Positions 27,036-36,428 of a DNA stretch of 64,000 nucleotides are shown in pieces. Both the position numbers and the translations under genes were made by a program. The DNA lies in the IMG/VR virus record IMGVR_UViG_2827179085_000005, positions 1 to 64,000 of that record; one strand, 5' to 3'. Positions within the stretch are counted from its first letter, which is position 1, and each line of letters starts with the position of its first letter. Source of the DNA: a virus. Taxonomy: Duplodnaviria > Heunggongvirae > Uroviricota > Caudoviricetes. Under the pieces are notes generated by a model. It was not told the DNA's origin. It was given only the letters and a program-made list of their open reading frames with translations, and ran no database searches.

Positions 27036-27317
27036 ATGATGGACAAACGAAAAGAAATAAGATTGTCAAGGTTTATATCAAAAATACTTAGACACGATGC
27101 AAAGCGATTTGGTTTAGATCAGGACGATGATAACTTTGTCCAACTAAGCAACTTCATTAATGTTGTGTTAAGCGAATTTGAAGGAAGTATATCTCTGACT
27201 GATGTCGTTTATGTTCTGGAAAACAGCAAGAAAGATGGTCAAAACAGGTTCCAAATCGTTGGCGACAGGGTGAGAGCAACATACAATCACACTTGGAAAG
27301 CAAAAGGAGATGTATAA
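27036..27317 (+). CDS. Tpt1/KptA N-terminal-domain-like protein (short, 93 aa)
   Basis: LSRFISKILRHDAKRFGLDQDDDNFV resembles RNA 2'-phosphotransferase N-terminal winged-helix; catalytic C-domain absent. Confidence 0.35.
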   Translation: MMDKRKEIRLSRFISKILRHDAKRFGLDQDDDNFVQLSNFINVVLSEFEGSISLTDVVYVLENSKKDGQNRFQIVGDRVRATYNHTWKAKGDV

Positions 27318-27590
27318 ATGGAACACTTTTTGTTCTTCTTTGTAACGAACTTATCAGTATTCTTCCTTCTTTTCTGTGTATTTCAACTTGATGAGAAGTA
27401 CGCAGATGGAACTTTGAGGGCAATTTTAGCAGACTGGTGGATTGGATATTTAATTCTCAACATCATACCTATTGTTAATCTTATTGTCTGCTTGTTAAGC
27501 ATTGTTCTCTTCGTCATCACAGCAATTATTTATCAAATAGATGAGAGAAATCTCACTGGTGACGATATTTTCAAAAAATCTTCTTCATAA
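27318..27590 (+). CDS. small membrane protein
   Basis: multiple hydrophobic helices. Confidence 0.4.
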   Translation: MEHFLFFFVTNLSVFFLLFCVFQLDEKYADGTLRAILADWWIGYLILNIIPIVNLIVCLLSIVLFVITAIIYQIDERNLTGDDIFKKSSS

Positions 27591-27606
27591 AGGATGGAAA
27601 GTAAAA

Positions 27607-28194
27607 ATGACAACTTATAAACAAGAACGTATTGGCGATTATATTCAAGTGAACTCTGGACGACAATTCTATGTACTCGATCCTCGACCAGAAGATATCA
27701 CGATTAATGACATCGCGCATTCGCTGGCTAACATTTGCCGATTCACTGGTCATGGCGACCGATTCTATTGTGTAGGAGAGCATTCAATCCAGTGTGCGCG
27801 TGTGGCACGAAAGCTTGGCTATTCCACACTTATGCAACTATATTGCTTACTTCACGATGGAAGCGAGAGCGTAGTCAACGACTTGGCTCGACCAGTAAAA
27901 CAAAACATTCCACAGTACAAAGAAGTTGAAGATCGTATTATGGCTGTGATTTGGGAAGTCGCTGGACTGCCGAAGCCGACAGAGGAAGACTACAAAGTCG
28001 TTAAAATCATTGACAACACGCTACTTGTTAATGAGATGGAACAGTTGATGAAACGTAGCGACATTCCAGATGTTGAATGCGAAAGATTCTTTGTTGACCT
28101 TTCTATTGGATACAATGCAGGAGAGTCTAAAGCGCCATTTTTGACGATGTATAACGCTTTGATGGAGGAATTGAAAGATGAAAACAATCTATAA
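27607..28194 (+). CDS. HD-domain phosphohydrolase (YfbR-like 5'-deoxynucleotidase)
   Basis: H...HD motif (LLHDGSES), RFTGHG. Confidence 0.6.
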   Translation: MTTYKQERIGDYIQVNSGRQFYVLDPRPEDITINDIAHSLANICRFTGHGDRFYCVGEHSIQCARVARKLGYSTLMQLYCLLHDGSESVVNDLARPVKQNIPQYKEVEDRIMAVIWEVAGLPKPTEEDYKVVKIIDNTLLVNEMEQLMKRSDIPDVECERFFVDLSIGYNAGESKAPFLTMYNALMEELKDENNL

Positions 28195-28468
28195 GTTTCC
28201 ATTGTACACTGAGAAAGAAGTGATTAGCCTTCCTTTAAGAACAAAAATTCTTTCAGTAAAAGTGCAACGAGGACGAGCAGTTGTCTACGCTTTGATTGAC
28301 ACTAGCATCTTAGATAAGGAGGATTATGAGTTTGTTTCCATTCCAACTGGCAGAGATACAAGGGTGTATGCAGAAGGAATTGAGAACTACACCTTCCTTG
28401 ATACTGTGCTTTTTGGAGAAAATCAAACATATGTAGATCATGTATTCTACAGAAAGGTTGCGAAATAA
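28178..28468 (+). CDS. hypothetical protein
   Basis: ORF. Confidence 0.4.
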   Translation: MKTIYKFPLYTEKEVISLPLRTKILSVKVQRGRAVVYALIDTSILDKEDYEFVSIPTGRDTRVYAEGIENYTFLDTVLFGENQTYVDHVFYRKVAK

Positions 28469-28749
28469 TGAGCAAGCAAATGACAAAGAAGCAAGCTATT
28501 GATTTACTGGCGACACTTACATTCATCTCAGTTAGCAAGAATGGTGAACAGGTTATTGAGAAAATCGGTCTAACGGAAGAACAGACAGATAAGATGATGC
28601 GTGTCGTAGTAAGTCTGTTCAATAATGACGAAGTAGAAGCCAATAAGTTCATCATTAAAGAAATGAAAAAGCTTTTAAAGAAGCTCGATGAACATGATGA
28701 TTCAGATGCCAAAGAAAGTACATTTAAAAGGACTGGTGATGGAAAATGA
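28468..28749 (+). CDS. hypothetical protein
   Basis: ORF; contains motif copy 28706-28721 near its 3' end. Confidence 0.4.
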   Translation: MSKQMTKKQAIDLLATLTFISVSKNGEQVIEKIGLTEEQTDKMMRVVVSLFNNDEVEANKFIIKEMKKLLKKLDEHDDSDAKESTFKRTGDGK

Positions 28750-29114
28750 AAACATACACAACAGCAGAGATGATCGACAAGATTGATATCGCACAAAAGG
28801 CTGAGATGGTTGAGCCTTTGCAAGACATTGTTGTTCAGAAAAACCAATATGGAATTATCGTTTTGAAAGATGGGCTATCTACTAAACATATTGGACAACC
28901 ATTACCGCTTGGAAATATAGCTCTAAATGCAAAATGGAAGTTTGTACGCAGACCAATTACATTCTTACAAGCTACAGACTATCTTCGTCAAGGAAAAGTT
29001 GTTTCTTGCGAAACAGATGGAATGCTACCAGTAAAATACGACAGTTTAGAAGATGTGATTCACATCTATGAAGTTGTCGATGGCAAATGGTACTTGGAGG
29101 ACTCTAATCAATGA
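28746..29114 (+). CDS. hypothetical protein
   Basis: ORF. Confidence 0.4.
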   Translation: MKTYTTAEMIDKIDIAQKAEMVEPLQDIVVQKNQYGIIVLKDGLSTKHIGQPLPLGNIALNAKWKFVRRPITFLQATDYLRQGKVVSCETDGMLPVKYDSLEDVIHIYEVVDGKWYLEDSNQ

Positions 29115-29635
29115 CAAAAGAAATCCACCTTTGGGGCGATGGATCTAGCGTCAATAATGGCGAAGAAAAAGGTCTTGGCGGTTATGGTTACATTCTCTTA
29201 TTCGGTGAGTTTGATGGTGCAGATACAAAGACCGAATATGGCGATAAAACAAAGATGCTTACTGGTTGGGATGGATTCGAAAATACGACCAATCAGAAGG
29301 AAGAAATCAAAGCAATCATCAATGGGTTGAAGCGAATCAAGCCAAATACAAACTATCCAATACAAGTATTCTCTGACTCAGCATACCTTATCAATTGCAT
29401 GAAACAACGATGGTATGAAAACTGGCGAACAAATGGATGGAAAAACTCCAAGAAAGAACCTGTCGAGAGTCCAGAGTTGTGGAAAGAACTTCTCCAAGTG
29501 ATTGAGGATGGTTTCTTTAAAATCACTTGGAATAAGGTGAAGGGTCACTCAGGCATCTTCTACAACGAGGAATGCGATAAACTGGCTCGTCAAGGGCTTG
29601 AAAAAATGAGAGCAATTAGAAGAGGAGAAGATTAA
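29111..29635 (+). CDS. ribonuclease H
   Basis: VKGHSGIFYNEECDKLARQG RNase HI C-terminal motif. Confidence 0.8.
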   Translation: MTKEIHLWGDGSSVNNGEEKGLGGYGYILLFGEFDGADTKTEYGDKTKMLTGWDGFENTTNQKEEIKAIINGLKRIKPNTNYPIQVFSDSAYLINCMKQRWYENWRTNGWKNSKKEPVESPELWKELLQVIEDGFFKITWNKVKGHSGIFYNEECDKLARQGLEKMRAIRRGED

Positions 29636-29938
29636 ATGAAATTTACATCTGAGTTGAAGAAAAAACATGAGTTTGTTTTAGAGGTCGGAGATTTCTTCCA
29701 GTACGATGAATCAACATTCGTAATTGTACAACCTCTCATCAAGGACAATTATGACTATAAGAATGAAGGCTACACTTATGTAAATCTGACATACCATTCT
29801 CTAGTATATCCTAAGTTCGAAACTCTCGAAGAGTTGAAGGATTATCTTACAGAGAAGAAAGAAGTCAAGTTTTATAGAGGTGGTAATGTTGTCGTAAATC
29901 TTGGTTCACCTTTCTATGAAATTTTACAAGAGGGGTGA
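29636..29938 (+). CDS. hypothetical protein
   Basis: ORF. Confidence 0.4.
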   Translation: MKFTSELKKKHEFVLEVGDFFQYDESTFVIVQPLIKDNYDYKNEGYTYVNLTYHSLVYPKFETLEELKDYLTEKKEVKFYRGGNVVVNLGSPFYEILQEG

Positions 29939-29944
29939 CTTCTG

Positions 29945-30142
29945 ATGTCAAAAGAGAATCCGCTATTTACACAGAAGCAACTCGAAGAATTTGATCGATT
30001 GACTGCACTCGAATCCTCTCCTATACAAATGGATAGGATTCGAGCAAGATGCGACTATCCCAAGTGGATTGCAGACAACAATCTGACAAAAGAAAATACT
30101 GATGCTATGAGAGACGAACTTATTCGTCAAGGGAAGTGGTAA
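29945..30142 (+). CDS. hypothetical protein
   Basis: ORF. Confidence 0.35.
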   Translation: MSKENPLFTQKQLEEFDRLTALESSPIQMDRIRARCDYPKWIADNNLTKENTDAMRDELIRQGKW

Positions 30143-30146
30143 ACAT

Positions 30147-30389
30147 ATGAGAAAATGCACAATACATGAGGCGTATAACGCTGTTGATGTAAAAACAGGA
30201 ATAGCGATACTTTATACAAATCAAAAGGGCTTGAAGCAAATGATGGAGGGAAACTCTTTTTACGTGTGGACTCATGAACATGCAACTATAAATGATGTGA
30301 AGCTTCGAGTATTTGAGAAAGACTTAGCAGAAGACAGCGAAGGGAATGTATATTGCGTGGATGGGTTGGATGTGATGGTCGTTGATTAA
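30147..30389 (+). CDS. hypothetical protein
   Basis: ORF. Confidence 0.35.
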   Translation: MRKCTIHEAYNAVDVKTGIAILYTNQKGLKQMMEGNSFYVWTHEHATINDVKLRVFEKDLAEDSEGNVYCVDGLDVMVVD

Positions 30390-30507
30390 AAGCGACTTCT
30401 TCCCAATGCTTCTACTAATGATATTCGCAGTAATGATTTTAATACTTGGTGTGATAGGGCTATGTGCTTATGGCATTTAATAATCTTTGAGAGTGAGGAA
30501 AATTAAT

Positions 30508-30906
30508 ATGTGGTATAGCAAACCGAAACAACAGGCAGTCTCTGTTGATGAATACATTAATCGTTTTACCATCAGACATGCCGCATGTGACTCTACTAAA
30601 GTAATAGAAGTTGACAATATTCGATTCACAATGAAAGCGTACTATGGATACTCAGTGAAAATTCATCTAGTTGATGGCGAAGATGAATTATTGGTTTATG
30701 ATGCAGATTACAGTGGAGTTAAGCGAGGTACATGGCATCACAAAGGCTCATGGTGCGATAAAATTCTTCAAATTGTTCTTGATGATTGCGAGAAATATGA
30801 GCGAATTGTACGAGCAAAAGAGAAGGCGATTGAAGATGAGTTAAGTAGATTGAAAGACAAATTTGGCAAGCTGTTCAGTGGTGATAAAGATGCCGCCAAA
30901 GTTTAG
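30508..30906 (+). CDS. hypothetical protein
   Basis: ORF after GAGG RBS. Confidence 0.4.
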   Translation: MWYSKPKQQAVSVDEYINRFTIRHAACDSTKVIEVDNIRFTMKAYYGYSVKIHLVDGEDELLVYDADYSGVKRGTWHHKGSWCDKILQIVLDDCEKYERIVRAKEKAIEDELSRLKDKFGKLFSGDKDAAKV

Positions 30907-31067
30907 TGCGAAAGATGTTGTTGAAGTAACTTTATACGACACAAGTAATAATAACAAGCCAGTCTTATCATTAGGAACACTTAAACTTTCTTCCATTCAA
31001 AATGAAGGTGGAGTTTATGCATGTGGCGGTAATGGAAGTAAGACGATAAAAAGGATTGGTGATTCGA

Positions 31068-31655
31068 ATGGCAAAGCTGATATTTAAGTATGGCTCCATG
31101 AATGCCAGTAAATCTGCAAACCTCATCATGGATTGCTATGGTCATAAAGCTAATGGAAAGAGTGTCCTAGTGTTTAAGCCTACACAGGACACTAGAGATT
31201 ATGGCTATGTTAGTTCTAGGGCGACTGCGACAAGGATTCAAGCAAACCTAATATCTCCTGATATAGATGGTGCAATGTTCAACATGACACAGTTGTTCAT
31301 GCCGCGCATGGTCTTTGTAGATGAGGTGCAATTCTTTACCGCTAAACAAATTGAGGAATTAGCAAGCATCGTGGACAAGCTTGGCGTTACAGTTCAAGCG
31401 TATGGGCTGATGACAGACTTCAAACGTGAATTGTTCGAAGGAAGTAAAAGACTTGTTGAACTTGCTGATGTTGTTGAGCGTATTCGATCTGAATGCACAG
31501 AATGCTCTAATGAAGGCGTTCTGAATGCACGACTTGTTGAAGGTGTATTACAGACCGATGGAGAGACAGTCGTTGTCGGCAAAGAACAAGACGACGATTC
31601 GAAGAAACCTGTTTACAAGGTATTATGTCGAAAATGCTATGGAGAACGCTTATGA
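31068..31655 (+). CDS. tdk: thymidine kinase
   Basis: P-loop GSMNASKS, C-terminal Zn-ribbon CTEC...CRKC. Confidence 0.85.
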   Translation: MAKLIFKYGSMNASKSANLIMDCYGHKANGKSVLVFKPTQDTRDYGYVSSRATATRIQANLISPDIDGAMFNMTQLFMPRMVFVDEVQFFTAKQIEELASIVDKLGVTVQAYGLMTDFKRELFEGSKRLVELADVVERIRSECTECSNEGVLNARLVEGVLQTDGETVVVGKEQDDDSKKPVYKVLCRKCYGERL

Positions 31656-31963
31656 ATCGATGGCTATTGACAGAAGAAGTCAAGCAAAAGTATACACCGA
31701 TTATACAGGGCTTCATTGATAAGCTTGAAGCAATGAATCCAGATGAGCAGGAAGACTTGCTAGAAATCAATTTGAGCGATACTGGACTCAATCCATACAC
31801 ATTGCAGGAGTTATTAGAGAGTCTTGGCTATGAGAAGACTGATTTCGACGATAACGGCTGGCAAATGGACTTTTGGATTACAATGGAAAAGAATGGATGC
31901 AAGTCGATTGTGATTGAAGGTACAGGCATCATTTTCGAGTTGAAGTTGAGGGAAAATGAATAA
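31625..31963 (+). CDS. hypothetical protein
   Basis: ORF. Confidence 0.4.
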   Translation: MSKMLWRTLMNRWLLTEEVKQKYTPIIQGFIDKLEAMNPDEQEDLLEINLSDTGLNPYTLQELLESLGYEKTDFDDNGWQMDFWITMEKNGCKSIVIEGTGIIFELKLRENE

Positions 31964-31975
31964 TGACCGTCCGAA

Positions 31976-32001
31976 GGGGAGACAAAAGTCTCTCCTTTTT
32001 T
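31976..32001 (+). terminator. rho-independent terminator
   Basis: GGGGAGAC-AAAA-GTCTCTCC + TTTTTT. Confidence 0.8.
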
Positions 32002-32012
32002 GCCATATACAC

Positions 32013-32041
32013 TTGACCATTGCCAAAGAAAGTACTATAAT
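32013..32041 (+). promoter_or_regulatory. sigmaA-type promoter TTGACC-17-TATAAT with conserved spacer motif
   Basis: TTGACCattgccaaagaaagtacTATAAT. Confidence 0.6.
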
Positions 32042-32071
32042 GAGTATATATCAAATGAAAGGGAGATGTCG

Positions 32072-32221
32072 ATGAAAGCAGAAATTGAACAGATCATCAA
32101 AGACCTTGAATATGAGCGTGAGGAATATGGGGAACGTATTGTTTCACTGCACTATGGTTACGATAGCGCATTGGAAAAACTCTGCAAGCTAGTTGGGAAA
32201 GAGTTTACACCTTATGAATAG
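32072..32221 (+). CDS. hypothetical small protein
   Basis: GGGAGA RBS. Confidence 0.35.
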   Translation: MKAEIEQIIKDLEYEREEYGERIVSLHYGYDSALEKLCKLVGKEFTPYE

Positions 32222-32320
32222 TGTTATATACGAACGGATCAAAGTTGTTGTCTTGGTAAAGAGCAAAAGAGATGTTGGTCTTTACTTTCGACTGTTCAAA
32301 ATGATGTTGAAAGAAAAATT

Positions 32321-32551
32321 GTGAAAGAACAAGAAACTTCGGATTATGCTAAGTTCGCAACTGACAAATTCGAGATACGATTTGTGATTGCAGGAAAATC
32401 AATGCTTGGCAAGAGAGCGCATTATGTGATTAACATGTATCCTGATGAACAATACGACAACGAGGTCGCGATGCCAATGATGGTATTACACAATCACTTG
32501 AAAGAAGATCCTAAATGGAGTGAGTTGTTTGAGGATGGCAAACACAGTTGA
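32321..32551 (+). CDS. hypothetical protein
   Basis: ORF. Confidence 0.4.
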   Translation: MKEQETSDYAKFATDKFEIRFVIAGKSMLGKRAHYVINMYPDEQYDNEVAMPMMVLHNHLKEDPKWSELFEDGKHS

Positions 32552-32648
32552 TTGCTATCAATGTGGAGTAAAGGTCAAACTGACAAAGCATATAAACAAA
32601 TGTAAGTGCGGAGCTAGAATCAAGGTTCTGCAATACTAAAGGAGCGAT

Positions 32649-33095
32649 ATGATGAAGGCTTTCAGAGTAAGATACAATACTGGCGATATGGACAATGAAA
32701 TGATTGTTCTTGCACAAAGCGAAGAACACATTGAGGAAGCATTAGCCAACAAAGAAGATGAGTTCTATGTTGATGATGAATGGTCAAAAATAATTCGAAA
32801 AAGAGAAGTTCCTTTGTCTAATGTGATGGTTTCCGACCTTTCTGTTACTGAATTATCAAAATTGCAGAGATGGATGGAGATAAATAAAGAAAAAGAAAAG
32901 CCTGTTCAAATGGAATGGGAAGAGTTTGCTTGGATTATGGAGAAAGTAAGTACTTTAGTTGAACGTGGTGATGGTTGGGCTTTTCAATTCCTCGATTCTT
33001 CAATTTTTGTATACAAAGGCGATAATATCATTCGCTTTTGTGACAACATACAAGAGTTTGCCGATTTCATCCAAAGTGTTTGCAGTGCATCATGA
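32649..33095 (+). CDS. hypothetical protein
   Basis: AGGAG RBS. Confidence 0.45.
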   Translation: MMKAFRVRYNTGDMDNEMIVLAQSEEHIEEALANKEDEFYVDDEWSKIIRKREVPLSNVMVSDLSVTELSKLQRWMEINKEKEKPVQMEWEEFAWIMEKVSTLVERGDGWAFQFLDSSIFVYKGDNIIRFCDNIQEFADFIQSVCSAS

Positions 33096-33270
33096 GTCAA
33101 ACATTACGCGCTGTGAAGGCGACTTACGAAGAACAGATTCAAAGATTAAAGCAAGCTAAGAAAGATGGTAATGTTTGTAGCAAGCAGTATAAGATTCAAT
33201 TGAGCATTTGGGAGAAAAGAGTCAAGCAATACGAACAAATGATTCGAGATACGGAAGGATTGTGATAGAA

Positions 33271-33573
33271 ATGATGATACTGCCATCTTTAGACGATGAA
33301 GTCATCAACACGATTAAGTATGGGTTGCCAAGCAAACAAATAATAGCCTACGCAACAACATTAGTTGTACGTCACCCCAAAACTAATGACCTGATAATCT
33401 TGAAGTGGAGATTACCTTGGCATAAAACAGAAGCGTTAAAGGAAAGCGACTTCATAGAACTTAACAACGCGAGAACTTGGGATGCAGATTGGTCGGATTT
33501 AATGGGTAAGCATATCATTGTTAATCCAGTAATATTAAATCTGAATGCACGTAAGGCGTTAGCAAGTCTGTAA
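33271..33573 (+). CDS. hypothetical protein
   Basis: ORF. Confidence 0.4.
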   Translation: MMILPSLDDEVINTIKYGLPSKQIIAYATTLVVRHPKTNDLIILKWRLPWHKTEALKESDFIELNNARTWDADWSDLMGKHIIVNPVILNLNARKALASL

Positions 33574-33603
33574 TAACAAATCTTCAATTGGGAGTGATGA
33601 AAT

Positions 33604-33849
33604 ATGAGTCGTTGTTGTGGCAACTGCTTCAAGAACAATGTAGACGAAGCAAAACAGAACTTCTACTATCGCGATTGGATAGGAAACAAGTGGGATGCAA
33701 GTTGTCGTCCAGTATGTGACCAGTGCATTGAAGCAGGAGAGTACAAGGAAGAGGTTAAAGGAGAAGTAACTATCCACAGACTATATCTTGGGACTTCAAG
33801 ATTGTATATTCCCGAAAACAATCATGGTTGGGGATGGTTCGATGAATAG
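33604..33849 (+). CDS. Cys-rich small protein
   Basis: CCGNC...C..C. Confidence 0.4.
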   Translation: MSRCCGNCFKNNVDEAKQNFYYRDWIGNKWDASCRPVCDQCIEAGEYKEEVKGEVTIHRLYLGTSRLYIPENNHGWGWFDE

Positions 33850-34057
33850 TAATCATGAATTAGCTGAGTACATTGCAAGCCATTTGCCCATCAGCTTTGA
33901 GGATGCATTGGATTTTGTCGAAGGATCATTAAGCGGCGGTATGTTTACTGATAAAATCAACTTTACTATTGCACTGGGTAATAGGGACAGAGTTATCATG
34001 CAAATGAGTAATCAACTGAATGCTATTAGAAGCTTACTAGAAAAGTATAATATTTGA
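33842..34057 (+). CDS. hypothetical protein
   Basis: ORF. Confidence 0.35.
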   Translation: MNSNHELAEYIASHLPISFEDALDFVEGSLSGGMFTDKINFTIALGNRDRVIMQMSNQLNAIRSLLEKYNI

Positions 34058-34109
34058 GCTTCAAGGCTAAACAAAACAAATCTTCTATTTAGAATGGGTG
34101 GTAAAGCAA

Positions 34110-34307
34110 ATGGATACTGAAAATAACAAGATAAAGGTTCAGTGTGGCGTTGGTAGAAAGGATTCATTGACGTTTAATGATGATGACGATGGATATTATG
34201 TTGTTGACATGATTTATTGTGGTAAATTTGCGGGAACCATTATTGTCGATTACGATGAAGCAATAAAATTAAGGGATTTCTTGAATGATAATTTGGGTCA
34301 AGACTGA
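34110..34307 (+). CDS. hypothetical protein
   Basis: ORF. Confidence 0.35.
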   Translation: MDTENNKIKVQCGVGRKDSLTFNDDDDGYYVVDMIYCGKFAGTIIVDYDEAIKLRDFLNDNLGQD

Positions 34308-34432
34308 ATAAAATAAACGTTCCATTTACAGTTAGGAGACGAGAGTATGCTGGTGAATCAAGACTTCACCTTCACCCTTGATTCAAGAGTCCAACCAAAA
34401 TTCAACACAAAGATTTACAATCAAATTAAGAT

Positions 34433-34771
34433 GTGGGAACTCTATGGGGATTATATGATGCTACAAATCGAAATCATGGAGATGATTTAAGGATGTACGT
34501 TTATGATGTAGAGATTAAGTTAATAGGTAAGCGCGAAGCGTTTGTAACCGTAACTCAAAGAGAGATGGACGTAAGTAGCAATGGAAGTATGATTGAAGGA
34601 TTTCCGAAGCTTGGTGTGCAAAGAAGGGCGTATGTCACAGCTTTATTCAGAAACATTGAAACCAAAGCTGAGAAGTGTGCCGACAAGATTGTAAGAAAGT
34701 GGAGGAAAAAGAAACCACTAAGTCAATTAGTTATAGATGCTTGTAAATTTGAAGGAGGATTAACATGCTAA
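34433..34771 (+). CDS. hypothetical protein
   Basis: ORF. Confidence 0.35.
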   Translation: MGTLWGLYDATNRNHGDDLRMYVYDVEIKLIGKREAFVTVTQREMDVSSNGSMIEGFPKLGVQRRAYVTALFRNIETKAEKCADKIVRKWRKKKPLSQLVIDACKFEGGLTC

Positions 34772-35019
34772 AGAAAGTACTTTTGTCGTTTTTATCTCTT
34801 GTGGTCATTGTTGGTTGTTCTGGTGCGACAGTTAAGGGAGACGAAGAAAAAGCAACATACATTGAGTCAGTAGATGAGTATAACACATTTACTGCCTTGA
34901 AGGTTGTCGATAAAGAAACAGGATGCAAGTACTTAATCATCAACACTCCACATAACAATAGCAATTATCCAATGGGTATGCAGATGTATGGTGCAGATGG
35001 GTTGCCAGTATGCAAATGA
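34765..35019 (+). CDS. lipoprotein (signal peptide + lipobox IVGC)
   Basis: MLKKVLLSFLSLVVIVGCSG; start codon is part of conserved motif ATGCTAAAGAAAGTAC. Confidence 0.5.
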   Translation: MLKKVLLSFLSLVVIVGCSGATVKGDEEKATYIESVDEYNTFTALKVVDKETGCKYLIINTPHNNSNYPMGMQMYGADGLPVCK

Positions 35020-35369
35020 AGGAATATTTTCATTATTGCCCTGATTGTAAGGCAGAAGGTGTAAAGACAACCGAAAAGGAATTAAAGTGTAGCGTACTTG
35101 ACACAGATGGATATGGTCAACCAGTCCAATTCACTGAATGCGAATGTGGAGGTATCCTGAACGGTTTCCTCTACCTTTCATTCTACAAACGTAAAGGTGA
35201 GACACTAGACGAAGGATTCTTTAGTTATCTCAAACATCGTATTAATTTTTACTATGAAGACTTCAAAGAGCATGAGGAAGACATTCGTGCAAAGTATTAT
35301 AGAGTGCGACCTAAACCAACCAAGGAAATGATTGAACAACGATTAAAAGAATTGAGAGGGGAATGCTAA
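35010..35369 (+). CDS. hypothetical Cys-containing protein
   Basis: ORF. Confidence 0.45.
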   Translation: MQMKEYFHYCPDCKAEGVKTTEKELKCSVLDTDGYGQPVQFTECECGGILNGFLYLSFYKRKGETLDEGFFSYLKHRINFYYEDFKEHEEDIRAKYYRVRPKPTKEMIEQRLKELRGEC

Positions 35370-35630
35370 TTGACAGACACTACACAGATGCCAAAGAAAG
35401 TATGTTACGAGGAACATCTCGAATTAATTGTTGCAGGATGCCCTATTCCTGCTGATACTCAGACCATCAAATTATTCAAGGGTAAGCAACTGTTTGCTTA
35501 TCAGAAGCTGGCATTAGCCAAGCGCGATATGGAACAGTTCAAGATTTGTGTTGAAGAGATTGAGATTCGCCTTAACATATTCGATGGTCTGATGGAAAGA
35601 ACAGCACTTCATTTTGGAGGTAATGCCTAA
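35370..35630 (+). CDS. hypothetical protein (alternative start ATG 35388 lies in motif copy)
   Basis: ORF. Confidence 0.35.
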   Translation: MTDTTQMPKKVCYEEHLELIVAGCPIPADTQTIKLFKGKQLFAYQKLALAKRDMEQFKICVEEIEIRLNIFDGLMERTALHFGGNA

Positions 35631-35845
35631 TGTTTGTACATCTTACACACTCGCACTCAGGAGAGAAGATTTTGATTCGTGCTGATGAGATTCACACAAT
35701 TCGAGTAAAAGAGGGTAGAACGCTTGTGATTGGCAAGCGTGGTTACTACGTCAATGAAGACCCTTATCTCGTTGAACAATTGGTCGAAGCTGTTGTTTCC
35801 AGTATGCATACAATCACTATCGGAGAAGGCGAACGAATCGAATAG
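35630..35845 (+). CDS. hypothetical protein
   Basis: ORF. Confidence 0.4.
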   Translation: MFVHLTHSHSGEKILIRADEIHTIRVKEGRTLVIGKRGYYVNEDPYLVEQLVEAVVSSMHTITIGEGERIE

Positions 35846-35860
35846 AAAGGATGATGTTAA

Positions 35861-36124
35861 ATGGAAAGAAATACAGACATTAATATTCCTAAACCACCAC
35901 ATGGGGGTTCGTCGATTATGCGTCCAGAAACACATTGCTGTCATTGCGATTTTATGGCGAAGCAAATGGCAAACGTAATACAGAACGTAGAGCAGTTGAA
36001 GATGAATCCTAACATCAACATCACGATCAATACTACTGCATCAGAATTTGATATGCAAGAGTTTAAGAAAAATCTTGATCTACTCATTTCTCAACACGCT
36101 AAAAGAGGTGTTACAAGTGTCTAA
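35861..36124 (+). CDS. hypothetical protein
   Basis: ORF. Confidence 0.35.
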   Translation: MERNTDINIPKPPHGGSSIMRPETHCCHCDFMAKQMANVIQNVEQLKMNPNINITINTTASEFDMQEFKKNLDLLISQHAKRGVTSV

Positions 36125-36428
36125 GAAGTCTAAGTCGAAGTATGGAAATCTTTCACCTGAATACTTGGAGAAGATTCGTGTAAAGCCAGAAGATACAGCC
36201 GCACGATTGGCTAGACTTCCTTACACGATCACACCAAGACCAGACGAGAAACCACCAAAAGGTATGATGTGGTGTCCGTATGAAGCAAAGTGGAGCAAGT
36301 TCATTTCGCCTAATCCACTATCTCCTATGTCAACATACCTTCGTTGCGAAACATGTGGCATCTCAATTGAGGATTACTACACAAAAACAGTCAATAAGCT
36401 TTGGGGAGACAAAGACGAGAGGAAGTAA
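36117..36428 (+). CDS. hypothetical protein
   Basis: GTG start after AAAAGAGGTG RBS. Confidence 0.4.
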   Translation: MSKKSKSKYGNLSPEYLEKIRVKPEDTAARLARLPYTITPRPDEKPPKGMMWCPYEAKWSKFISPNPLSPMSTYLRCETCGISIEDYYTKTVNKLWGDKDERK

